A DNA stretch of 64,000 nucleotides from Octopus vulgaris (lineage: Eukaryota), in contig OX597836.1 of NCBI GenBank assembly GCA_951406725.2, forward strand, positions 31,558,001 through 31,622,000. Direction: 5' to 3'. The notes under the pieces were generated by a model, which was given only the letters and a program-made list of their open reading frames with translations, was not told the DNA's origin and did no database searches. Position 1 is the stretch's first letter. Every line of letters starts with the position of its first letter. Shown here piece after piece: positions 13,001-26,924 of the stretch. The position numbers and the translations under genes were made by a program.

Positions 13001-16000
13001 CATCAATAAGGTAATTGTGGTGAAGCTGCTAAAAATAAATATGATTAGCCATTGAAGAGTCTACCTAAAAAGTGGACAGCTACAAAATTAGTATAATTAG
13101 TCATCAGTCAGAAATTTAATTACATTTTTTTTTTTTTTTTTTTTTTACTTTCCACAACCTTACTAATTAACTGAGACAGACTCACAAACACACATATTCT
13201 AGAATTTAGTTAAAGCTGGTTTGCTTTCATCATAAGTTAACAAAGTAAAAATGGCTATAACAACAAATGAAACAACAGACAACAACAATAGCAACAGCAA
13301 CAACAGCAACAACAACAACAACAACAAAAAAAATGTCTTGATGCAGTTTCAGGCAGTGGCTCTCATGGCTTCTGATCTTAACTGATTGGAAGTGTTATCA
13401 CGTACATTGTTTTGTCTTGGTATAAAAGATGGGCTACAGCAAATATTCTGCTCAATACTCCAGATTTGCTTGTCAGTTACTTTACCTTAACCAGTTGACC
13501 ATATTCCTTAGTAGCTGAAGATATGTGCATCTCTGATCACGAGCAGAAGTAGTGGGGGAGCATCATAGCCATGTGTTGAAAGGAATTCTTTGGGGTTTGA
13601 ATAATTCACCTCTGGAAACATGGATGTTACATTCAATATCTGTAAACAACCCTTATTCAGGGACCTTTTGAGCAAGATGGGCTACTCAACCTGAAGAAAA
13701 TTCTAACTGGGCCCCACCTACAAGGTCATGTGCTGTTTATCTTGATATGAGATCACCATGTTGTGCACATATGGTTGTGATGCATGTGCCTAGTGTACCC
13801 TTATCAGACACCAAAAGCTCCATGAGGCTCCAGCAGGGGATGGTGGTGAACCCTGCTGTACTCTTTTACCACAACTTTCTCTCACTCTTTCTTCCTGCTT
13901 CTGCTGTACCTGTATTTCAAAGGACCAGCCTTGTCACACTGAATCTCCCCGAGAGCTACATTAAGGGTACACGTATCTGTGGAGCACTCAGCCACTTGCA
14001 TGTTAATTTCACAAGCATGCTGTTCCATTGATTGGATCAACTGGAATCCTCATTGTCATAACCGACGGAGTGCCACAACATATATATATATAAGCTCAGC
14101 AAAAATTTAGATTCAGATGAATATGATACTTGAGTTAAAGGCACCAGAATTTGGTATGGTATTATCCATATAAATCAAATGGGGTGATTATAATCAAAAT
14201 AAGCAACAAGGATGTCCAAAGGTAGTGTAGTACAATCGTTTCATACTACTTCATTTAATTAAAACAATGTAAGTATTACATCAGTTTTAAAATTTAGAGC
14301 ACTCATCAGACACATATGGAATTCTTTTAAAAATTAAATCGACAAGTTCAATTTTCTGCTTAATTCCATTTGCCAACATTACAAAGAGGGTAGGTATATA
14401 GACAGAGAGGTGAATTTCATCAATAAAAACATGGTAGTAGATCTTAACTCATGGGCAGATTTTTTATCACTGAGTTCACTTTGTTATTTAGATTTACCAA
14501 TGGGGATAGGGTTTTTCTATTAAGTTCAGTGGAGACAATCAAGAATTTTCCTATCTATAGATAGAGGAAGGGGCAGTTTAAATCCAACCCTTTTATGAGG
14601 GATTTAACTCTCCCCATTGGTAAATCTAAGACAAGGAAATATACATCTGACAATACATACTTGAGTGAAGGTCCCAGTTGTGCATATACATATATATGGA
14701 GTGGATTGGATTGCCCATGTTCAGTTTACTGCAGGACAAAGGTTTCAACATATTTGCTCCACCAGCCACGTTCTGATGTGGAGGTCATGGATTTGAGCTT
14801 GAGATCATACTGGTTTGCTGAGCCTACTCTACTACACTGGCTTGACATGGCAAAGGGGCCCAGTTTTTATACTCTTGCCCACAAGTAGTTAAGTTGATTA
14901 CATTGATTGCTATGCTTAACGGGTTCTTTAACAGGTATTTTATCGATCCCAAAAGGATGAAAGGCAAAAACTGACCTTGGCAGAATTTGAACTCAGAATG
15001 TAAAGCTGGTCAAAATACTGCAAAGTATTTCACTCAGTGGGCTAATGATTCTGCCAGCTTGCCTTACACACACACACACACACACACATGCACACATGAG
15101 CAGTGCTACCAGAACTCAGTTCTGTCGAGGTGGGCAGGTCTTCTCATGAACCACATATTGCCAGTCATCCCCCAAATCATCCTCATTATCATCATCATCA
15201 TCATCATCATCGTTTAACGTCCGTTTTCCATGCTGGCATGGGTTGGACGATTCGACCGGGGTCTTGGAAGCCAGGAGGCTGCACCAGGCTCCCATCTGAT
15301 CTGACAGTGTTTCTACAGCTGGATGCCCTTCCCAATGCCAACCACTCCATGAGTGTAGTGGGTGCTTTTTATGTGCTACTGGCACAGGGGCCAGAGGAAG
15401 CTGGCAACGACCACAATCGATTGGTGCTTTTTACATGCCACCGGCACGGATGCCAGTCAAGGCGGTGCTGGCATCAGCCACGTTCGGATGGTGCTTTTTA
15501 CGTGCCAGGTGAAATGGTCATGACTGGAACACCTCTGATCATAGGTCTGCTTGATTAGGACTGGGCTTGTGTTAAAAACCATCATCATCATCTCAACATT
15601 TTTTTTAGAGCTTAGCAAATTATAACTCAACCAGAACCATCTGGCTGAAACACTGACCACACAATACACACACACACACACACATATATCTCTCTATATA
15701 TAAACAGCAGTTTGTCTGTGCGTTTTCTGTGTGTCTGTTTTCTCGTACCCTCACTCTGACCACGGCTTTCAACCGATTCTGATGAAACTTGACACACACA
15801 TAACCCAATGTCATAATTCAAAACTAACGCAGCGAAAATTTTGAAAAGTTCCCCCAGTTCTGAAAAAAATCGATAAATTCGACATGGGGTCGAGAATCAG
15901 AAACCCAAACCACAGACCGTCTAGGGGACGCAACTCCACCTTTTTTAACTCTCAAAAAAAATTTACCATCATTTTTTTCCCATTTCTTTGCTATTTTTTG

Positions 16001-18380
16001 GCTATAACTCTCTAAAAATGCTTTATAGTTATTTCCCTTACAAACCCGAGCAACGCCGGGCGATACTGCTAGTATATATATATATATATATACATATATA
16101 CGACAGGCTTCTTTCAGTTTCCATCTACAAAATCCACTCACAAGGCATTGGTCGGCCCGGGGCTATAGCAGAAGACACTTGCCCAAGATGCCATGCAGTG
16201 GGACTGAACCTGGAACCATGTGGTTGGTTAGCAAGCTACTTACCACACAGCCAGTCCTGTGCCTCAACATTTTTTTTAGAGCTTAGCAAATTATAACTCA
16301 ACCAGAACCATCTGGCTGAAACACTGACCACACAACACACACACTGTGCAACAAAAGAACACTTACTTTACAACAGACCATTTGTCTTCTGGTAGAATAA
16401 TCACATCTTCAATTCTTATGTTGTTAGCATAGTGAAGAACTTTAGGCAAATGTCTTTTGGCATAAACATTCATGTGTGGACTTTGACATTTCAGGTCAGA
16501 TAACAACTCTTCTTCGGAAACTTTATCTTCTGTAAGTAAGAAAAGGAAAAAAATCTCTGATGTAATTATTCTTTCTTTTTTTGAAATTTTCTTATGTATT
16601 TAAAGGACAAATTTATTCAGAGAATAAATCTTGACAAAGAGGTATTAAAATTAGTATCAATTCTTTGGTCCTTTAGCATTCAGTTATTTCTTCAAACGGC
16701 TCTGGATGAATCATGCATTATCTTCTAGCTTTGAAATTTCAATAATGTGACTCTCTTTTTTCTCTCTTTTTCTTGTTTCAGTCATTTGACTGTGGCCATG
16801 CTGGAGCACTGCCTTTAGTCGAGCAAATCGACTCCAGGACTTATTCTTTGTAAGCCTAGTACTTATTCTATCGGTCTCTTTTGCCGAACCGCTAAGTTAC
16901 GGGGATGTAAACACACAGCATCGATTGTCAAGTGATGTTGAGGGACAAACACAGACATACAAACACACACATATATATATACATATACATATATATGACG
17001 GGCTTCTTTCAGTTTCCATCAACCAAATCCACTCACAAGGCTTTGGTCAGCCCAAGGCTATAGTAGAAGATACTTGCCCAAGGTGCCACGCAGTGGGACT
17101 GAACCCGAAACCATGTGGCTGGTTGGTCTGAATGTAAAACAGGGGACTGGATGTGGCCAAATTAAATGCTAAAGCAGTGGTTTGTGACCATGTTTTTACC
17201 TATGGATCCTGTTTGATCCTGATTTTATTCTGACAGAACCCCATAACCACTGGATGTTGAAAAACTAGCTTTTATAGATACATGTTCAAAAATTAAAATT
17301 TTTTTTTCGTGTGTTCATTCATGTAGGGATTTGCAATTTCATTCTTTGAGGGAACATGTTTCAGTATCTGGAAACATGTTGAATTATGGTAAAGCATTTG
17401 AGAAAGCCAACCAGTGGCTTCTTGTAATATACACACCTAAAGCAAAAAAATGTTTCAGGAACTCCTAAAATACTACCTAGGCCCCACCCTCAATTTACTA
17501 TTTTGCCCATGTGGATTCCCACCACTAAAAATCTTATATGGACCCCCAGGGGTCAAATGGACCTTGGTTGAGAACCACTGTACTAAAGAATTTAAAGGGT
17601 AAAGATCCCCTTTGGTCACGAATGGTCATGGGTTTGCACCTAGAAAGTTCCCCTCTGAGGCAAAAGTCTGGGCAAGGTTGTTTGTGGAAGACCAGCAGTT
17701 ACCCAGGCATAACAGCCTCTCCTCTCCACATCACCGATGTTGTCCAAGAAACAGGCAAAGACCGATGCAGCTTGGCACCAGTGATGTCACAACTCATTTC
17801 TACATGAAATAAAGTGTCTTGCTCAAGAACACAACACACAATGTAGTCCAGAAATCAAACTCACTACCTCACGATTGTAAACCTAACACTTGAACCACTG
17901 AGCCATGCTAAACGGTTAAACTTTTCTATAACGCCGTCACACTGAAGACTGCCTTTGCTTTTATGATACACCAACTGCTTGTATCACAGTATTCAACTTC
18001 AAGTCACTATGACATTTCAGTTGTATGTAAAGTACTTTCTTTTTTGCTAATTACAAACAGCAGATTACGCTGAAGTTAGTTACGTTTTACTAAATCCTTT
18101 CAGCTTCTCATTTTCAAAATTAATTAAAACACACAGGTAATGTATTTTGTTAGAACTTGGGTTAAGATAATATAATCCACACATGCCTTGTTTTATGATT
18201 TTACTTTTATAAAGAAAGTTCTTTTTACATTGTGCAGGCAGAGCTGTGTAGTAAGAAGTTTGCTTCCCAACCACATGGTTCCGGGTTCAGTCCCACAGCA
18301 TGGCACCTTGGGCAAGTGTCTTCTACCATAGCTTCGGACCGACCAAAGTCCCGTGAGTGAATTTGCTAAGATGGACACAC

Positions 18381-18424
<44 letters not shown>

Positions 18425-20024
18425 GTGTGTACTCTTTGCAACACCTGTCTGTGTTCAGATTGTCCTTGCACAGGAGCCATCCGGCTAAAGATAATCTCAA
18501 CTTACTTGTTTCATTGGTGAACATCTCTGTTCCGTTATTTTCCTTTTTGTACTTGGCTGAGATCCTCACTAAGGCGCCAATAGACATCACTTGCTTAAGA
18601 GCTGCCTCGTTTAGAAAGTCAGAGAGTTCAACAACTCGCTCTAGTGAAATATCCGTCATACCTGGAAATAATGAGAATTAAATAAAAAAAACATGGTAAA
18701 GGTTAGCATCCAGGAAATGACAGGCACCCTCAACTATACCCTGTTGTGTGTATGTGTGTACATGTGTGTGTGAGTGTGTGTGTGAGTGTGTGTGTGTGTA
18801 AGTGTGTGTGTGTGAGTGTGTAGGAGTGTGTGTGTATGAATCAAATAGGATTTGACTACATCTCCATTTAGAGCATAGTTTAAGCTATCTTTTCGTGGAA
18901 GAAGGTTTATGTTCCTATAACCTGTGTTAATTCTGTAATCCTTTAAAATGGAAGATAAGAAAGTTCATTTTCGGCACTTGATGCTTTGGGATCCAGACAA
19001 AAATTGCTGCAGCTTGGCTGGGATGTGTTACCCCACCCTCCATATTCATCAGATATTGCTACATCTGATTTCCACTTATTCATGTCTCTGCAGAATAGTC
19101 TTAATGGTAAAAATTTCAATTCCTTGGATGACGTAAAAAGATACCTTGATGAATTCTTTGCCATGAAACCATCCTCAATTCTGGGAAGAGGGGTATTTTC
19201 AAGTTAAAGGAAAGATGGAGATGCTTTGTGCAACAAAATTATTCATATTTGGTTGATTAAAAATGTCATGGCAAGTATTTATTGACCTTTTTCTTTCCTT
19301 TAAAAATTGGCACAAACTTTCCAGACAACCCAATATTTGCATGATAATAATCAGTTAAGAAATATTTTCAGATGCTTTTGATAATTGGGAAAACTCACCA
19401 TGATCTGCTACAATGACGATGTCAATACAGTTCTCAAGTCTTTCTTCATATAATTCATCCATCAGTACTCCAATGATACTATCAATTGTTTGTAGAGCCT
19501 TAACAACCTGAGAAGTTAAAAATATATATTATTGGGGTTTATAAATATTTGTTTAGGAATTTGATTTCATAGATATATATATATGCAAGAGAGAAAGCTG
19601 ACAAAAGTTATAATGGAGCAACAAGTGCTACATTCAAAGCCAGATGTGGAGCACATGTTCACTTGCTTATAAAGAACACAACATTTCTATTGAAGCACTT
19701 TGCGATCTAAATGACAAAAATGTGCCAGTGGCACGTAAAAAGCACCATCCGAATGTGGCCAATGCCAGCGCTGCTTTGACTAGCTTCTGTGCTGGTGGCA
19801 CGTAAAAAGCACCAACCGATCGTGGCCGCTGCCAGCCTCCCCTGGCTCCTGTGCTGGTGGCACGTAAAAAGCACCCACTACACTCACGGAGTGGTTGGCA
19901 TTAGGAAGGGTATCCAGCTGTAGAAACACTGCCAGATCAGACTGGAGTCTGGTGCAGCCTCCTGGCTTCCCAGACCCCGGTTGAACTGTCCAACCCGTGC
20001 TAGCACGGAAAACTGACATTAAAC

Positions 20025-20066
<42 letters not shown>

Positions 20067-23000
20067 ATAAAGTGGGCAATGAAAGCTAGAATAACCAATT
20101 GCATTTATGATCCCAAGACATATTCCTGTCTATTGCTGAAAAGCATAGCATAATCATAGAACAAATATCTTACTTGACAGGGGAAATATGGTAATATTCA
20201 TTTTTAAAAACAGTTCGCAAATGCATACGTTGTAAACATCTGATGATGTAATAACAACAAGGAATACATCATAAATATACAATGTTATAACCAATGGAAT
20301 AAGGGATAAGATATTGCTCTGAGATGAAAACCTAAGAACCAACAAACTGTCTTCTGAAAATAAGAGTTTAATAACATTCCACCAGAAGGATATTTAGCAA
20401 CATATGATAAAACACAAACACAGTCAAATCTGGCTTCAATGGAATAATATAGAGAAACTAGATACAGCTCAAACTGAAAAACAGCATGACACCAAAGTAA
20501 TAATATTTAGTGACATGAGAAAGACTTGTCACAAAGTCCAAGTTGACACCAACAGAATAATAATTCAGACAAATTAGAAACAATAATGAAATCAACCGGT
20601 GAAAGCGAAATGACAAATGAAAATGATTAACAATTTAACGAAACCGGATCTAACAATGAAATCTATCAGTAAAAACAAAGTGACCAACAAATTAACAAAG
20701 GAAAGCAACCTGACATTAAACAATGAGATAGCACTCTAGCAGAATATTATCTAATGACTAACGAAGGAAAATGATAGCCATATGCAAAATGAATCTGCTT
20801 GATTATATGAAATATTCAAATACAATCTCTTGAACTGTCACCAAACGAACTGAAGTCATGGCAAAATTAATTTACTTCAAATAAGCAATGTATCTTTTTA
20901 ATCTTTTATCTTTTACTTGTTGCTGTCAGTAGACTATGGCCATGCTGGAGCATTGCTTTGAAGGGTTTTAGTCAAATGAATGCTTTGTGTTTTTTCCTTA
21001 TGAAAGTCAATCTTTCATTAAGCTTTAAACTGTAGAAGTTATTTATATTTCTTGTTTCCACATCAAAAGCACCTGTGCTGGTGCCACATGAAAGCAGCTG
21101 TGTTAGTGCCACATGAAAGCAGCTGTGTTAGTGCCACATGAAAGCACTCAACCTGATTCTACATGAGAGCACCCATGTAGGTTCCACATAAAAGCAGCTG
21201 TGTTAGTGCCACATGAAAGCACCTATGCTGGTGCCACATGAAAGCACTCAACCTGATTCCACATGAGAGCACCCATGCTGGTGCCACATGAAGGCTGCTG
21301 TTTTAGTGCCATATGAAAGCACCTATGCTGGTGCCACATGAAAGCACTCAACCTGATTCCACATGAGAGCACCCATGCTGGTGCCACATGAAGGCTGCTG
21401 TGTTAGTGCCATATGAAAGCACCTATGCTGGTGCCACATGAAAGCACTCAACCTGATTCCACATGAGAGCACCCATGCTGGTTCCACATGAAGGCAGCTG
21501 TGTTAGTACCACATGAAAGCACCAGTGCTGGTGTCACATAAAGGTGCCTGTACTGGTGCCACATGAAAGCACCTGTTCTGGTGCCATGTAAAAAGAATCC
21601 AGTACACTCTGCAAAGTGGTTGCTATTAAGGAAGAGTATCCAGCCATAGAAACCTTTTCAAAACAGACGACTGGAGCCTGGTACAGCTCTCTGGCTTGTC
21701 AGCTCCTGTCAAGCCATCCAACTCATGCCAGTATGGAAAATAGATGTATGATGAAGATGATGATGATGATGATGTAATCAACAGAGCCTAAATTTACAAA
21801 GAAAAATCTGACTGCATACAAGGACTCTTAAGGCAGACAACTGACCTGCTAAAAATACCAACCAAATTCCTCTCAAATCACATTGTATTCATTTATCAAA
21901 AAATGGAAAATACCCAGAAACCCGGGTCTGTCTGTATCACGTCAGGTTGGCGATGGGAAGGATGGCTTCCCTTTGCAAATACTGATAGGGCACAGAAAGT
22001 GTGTCAATAGCCAGCTGGAGAAGATGTTCTCCTGGGGCTACAAGCTACAGTAGCATCCACCCTTAGTGGTTAGCCACATTTAAGTGGCAAATATACTTCA
22101 CATTGTCGTGCAGCTACTGTTTATACCTCGTTCAGGTATATTGAAAATAAAGATATGAGTGGCTGTGTGGTAAGTAGCTTGTTTACCAACCACATGGTTC
22201 CGGGTTCAGTCCTACTGCGTGGCACCTTGGGCAAGTGTCATCTTCTATAGCCTCGGGCTGACCAAAGCCTTGTGAGTGGATTTGGTAGACGGAAACTGAA
22301 AGAAGCCCGTCGTATATATGTATATAATATGTATGTGTGTGTGTGTGTTTGTGTGTCTGTGTTTGTCCCCCTAGCATTGCTTAACAACCGATGCTGGTGT
22401 GTTTACGTCCCCGTCACTTAGCAGTTCGGCAAAAGAGACCGATAGAATAAGTACTGGGCTTACAAAGAATAAGTCCCGGGGTCGATTTGCTCGATTAAAG
22501 GCGGTGCTCCAGCATGGCCGCAGTCAAATGACTGAAACAAGTTAAAGAGTAAAAGAGTAAAAGAGTAACTGGTCAAAATTGTCTTTGTTATACAAAACAT
22601 AAAGTATAATCGTAAACTAAAATGCTTTTCACCAGAGTTTGGCTCAAACACAAAATTTGAAAATTCACGATGGAAATATGACAAAAAAAAAAAAAATTAA
22701 TGAAAAAAAATCTCTTAAAAAACCTGTTTCAACAAACCTTTGCTGAATTAGGTCCACGTCTATGACCCGATTCATCTGGTTGTTCAAAATAAAGGGCAAC
22801 AAATCTCACTCCATTTTTAATCCATGCAACAGCTTTATCCATATTATCTTCAAAAGATTTCACCCTGGAAACAGAAACAAGAAGTTTTCATTGAATTTTG
22901 GCTGAATTTCTGAAATGAGTAAATATCAGTATTATGTACATTATTTACATTATTTACATTCGACAGATTTTTGTCCTCATCTTGTTTCTTGTTAACACAA

Positions 23001-23819
23001 CATTTCGGCTGATGTACCCTCCTGCCTTCATCAGGTGTCTTGGGGAAATTTCGAACCTGGGTTCTCATTCCTAAGGTATTTTTCGATGTTATTATTGTTA
23101 TTATTATTATTATTGAGTGAGCGAGCAGAGCATGCCATCGAAGTGACACTGGGGTCAAATATACGAAGCCCAGTGTACCCATCATGACTACCCGTCTGAT
23201 AAGGGTACACCAGGCACATGCATCACAACCATATGTGCGCGACATGGTGATCTCATATCAAGATAAACAGCACATGACCTTGCAGGTGGAGCCCAGTTAG
23301 AATTTTCTTCAGATCGAGTAACCCATCCCGCTCAAAAGGTCCCTGAATAAGGCTTGTTTAAGGATGTTGAACGAAACACCCATGTTTCCAGAGGTGAATT
23401 ATTCAAACCCCAAAGAATCCTTCTCAACACATGGCTATGATGCTCCCCCACTACTTCTGCTCGTGATCAGAGATGCACATATCGTCAGCCACTAAGGGAC
23501 ATGCTCAACTGGTTAAGGTCAAACAACTGACAAGCAAATCTGTGGTATTGAGCAGAATATTTGCTGCAGCCCATCTTTTATACCAAGACAAAACAATGTA
23601 CATGATAACACTTCCAATCAGTTAAGATCAGAAGCCATGAGAGCCACTGCCTGTATTATTATTATTATTATTATTATTCAGGTCACTGCCTGGAATCGAA
23701 CTCGGGATCTTGGGGTTACTAGCCCGTGTTCTTAACCACTATCCCATATACCCGTGTGTGTTGTGGTTAAGAGCACGGGCTACTAACCCCAACATTCCAA
23801 GTTCAATTCCAGGCAGTGA

Positions 23820-23887
<68 letters not shown>

Positions 23888-24468
23888 TTGAAAAATACCT
23901 TAGGAATGAGAACCTAGGTTCAAAATTTCTGCAAGACACCTGATGAAGGTTGGAGGGTATATCAGCCGAAACATTGTGTTAACAACAAACAAGGTGAAGA
24001 CAAATATCTGTCAAATGTAAATAATGTAAATAATGTAAATAATGTACATAAACCCCATCTCTTAAATATAGAACTGTATGAGTATTATGACATGATGTCT
24101 TATCCTTCTGGGTGTTAATAAAACAAGGAAAACAAGGGAAACTATGATGTTTGTTTCCTTGTAACATAGATGCAAGAGTGGCTGTATGGTAAGAAATAGG
24201 GGCTTGTAATGCTGCTAAGATGACCCAGGACAATAACACGATTCATAATGAAAACATCAGGATTCTAAGGGATAACATAGGATTCAGAGGGGTAACAGAT
24301 ACATAGGACAAAAATGCAACAAACATACAAAAAAAAAATACTCACGGAGTATATTTCTCATAATTATCTGGGTGATATTCTGAAAGAAAATAAAGGTGAA
24401 AAGTAAGTAGTGTGTGTTTATGTATATATGAGGTGTATGTATGCATATACATATATATGTATGTATGC

Positions 24469-24505
<37 letters not shown>

Positions 24506-24514
24506 CATATATAT

Positions 24515-24588
<74 letters not shown>

Positions 24589-24738
24589 TATATTGTATAT
24601 ATATATACTATATTAGTCCAACCCATGCTAGCATGGAGAACGGACGTTAAACGACGATGATGATGTGTGGAATTTGATTTAGTATTTCTAAATTGAATTC
24701 TTTTTCCTTGTAAGTTTGGATTTTATTCCCTCAAATAA

Positions 24739-24786
<48 letters not shown>

Positions 24787-26864
24787 CATACATGTATATA
24801 TATATTTCTTTACTACCCACAAGGGGCTAAACACAGAGGAGACAAACAAGGACAGACATAGGTATTAAGTCGATTACATCGACCCCAGTGCATAACTGGT
24901 ACTTTATTTATCGACCCCGAAAGGATGAAAGGCAAAGTCGACCTTGGCAGAATTTGAACTCAGAACGTAGTGGCAGACGAAATACCGCTAAGCATTTCGC
25001 CCGGCGCGCTAACGTTTCTGCCAGCTCGCCGCCTTGTATATATACATGTATATATATGTATGTATGTATGTATACACATGAACACGCACATGCACACACA
25101 CTCACGCATGCACGATGTGGTACTGAAAAGTTCCTGGCTTTGGGTAAAAGAAAATACAGGAGGATCAGTTAATTATGATCCTGTTCAACGTATTCCTCTC
25201 CCAGATTTACACACTTATTGCAGCACAGAAACACACATAAAGAAACACACATGTACACACACACTAGAGGGTGCTGAAAAGTTCATCAGTTAATTATGAT
25301 TTTATTAAACATATTCCTCTCTCAGATTCACACCCTTATTGCAGTGGCCTTCAGTTTTTCTAGGCCCTATAAAAGAACTCAAAAGATGGGGCCTCCAGTC
25401 AGGTCTTTTGTGATACCCTCAAAGCCAGGAACTTTTCAGCGCCTCCTAGTTTGTGTGTATATATCAATCTATTTTCATATATATAAATATATGCATAGAA
25501 GCATGGCTGTGTGGCAAGAAAAGTGTGACACGGCTGGCCCTTTGAAATCAGGTACAACAGAAACAGGAAGAAAGAGTGAGAGAAAGTTGTGGTGAAAGAG
25601 TACAGCAGGGTTCACCACCACCTGCTGCCAGAGATTTGTGGAGCTTTAGATATATAAGGATGAAAAGGAACACATGAGTTGATATATATAAAAATATATA
25701 TTCAGGATAGAAAATGCTAAAATAATTTTATAAAGAACATTTCAGTACCGGTTTCAGTCATTGAGACCTTTTCAAATGTAACAATTAAATAATTAAATTT
25801 AGAAAAATTAAAAGAAAAGTTTTTTTAAAAGAATATTTGTATAGTATTCAAATATAAGTGGCATTTTCCTTGTTTCTGCCTTTCTCTGTCTCTCTTGTTT
25901 ACACTTGTGGGTTCGAGGTCATATATTATATATTTATATTGTTTTTGTGCGTGTATGTATGTATGTATGTATGTATGTATGTATGTATGTATGTATGTAT
26001 GAATGAATGAGGAACTTACTCAGTACAGTACTTCCAGGATAGAGAGCTGCTGTTTTTATTCCATTGTCTGACAATCGTTTCCAAATCTATAGAATAAACA
26101 GAGAAATCATTACTGAAGGATCCCTTCCCAAAGGAACAACAAAAAATAATAGAACAGAATTAAACAAAACAACACAGTCTAAAATTCATCTTGATTTAGA
26201 TTTAAAAAGTCTGATACTTATTCTATTGGCCATTTTTGCTGAGCTGCTTAGTTACAAGGATGTCAACAAACCAGCACCAGTTGTCAAATAATGTGAGTGT
26301 GTATGTTTGTGTACTAGCACAGACTCAAAGACACACATGTATATGAATGTGCACATACATACATATATAATTATATGTGTATGTGTGTGTGTGTGTGTGT
26401 GTGTATGTGTGTGAAACTAATTAGTAGCTTGAGTTTAAATACTGTGTATATGAAATGATATATATATATATATATAAATACAGAGTACATTTAAACACAT
26501 AAGAGGCATCCATCATAGGACACCTTGCATTCTAGAAAGAACAGTCAAATTCCAAACCAGTATTAGGGATAAAACTTTGAAGGGAATGAAAAATAAAAAC
26601 ATTTACCATCTAACTCCTGGACTTATTTTTAGCAAATAAAATAATTTGCTAGGTGAAATCTTCTTCAGCAGGTACACCCTAGATTAAACATATATGTATG
26701 AAGCAATCCAGTATATGTCCCATGTGTTTAAATGTACACTGTTTATTTATATGAATAATATATAGTCTATTGACTAAATTTTTTACATGCTAGGCCACTG
26801 GTAGAAGAAATTTCTAATATTTCTTATTACCCTTGATATTATTAATTATATATATATACATACA

Positions 26865-26924
<60 letters not shown>

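Noticed and set aside
16435-16460. Exon peptide KRHLPKV matches the SINE pseudo-ORF RRHLPKV
   Set aside because: It is the conserved ENPP LPK.LHYA motif; a short coincidental match, not exonisation
21066-21592. CRISPR-like regular spacing
   Set aside because: No unique spacers, eukaryotic context, no cas genes; it is a minisatellite
23755-23825. tRNA gene candidates here and in other SINE heads
   Set aside because: Acceptor stems are not formed and the sequence continues into repeat bodies; these are SINE heads
24284-24660. Many YIYI, HTHT, CVCV and SLSL ORFs throughout the window
   Set aside because: Dinucleotide microsatellite translations
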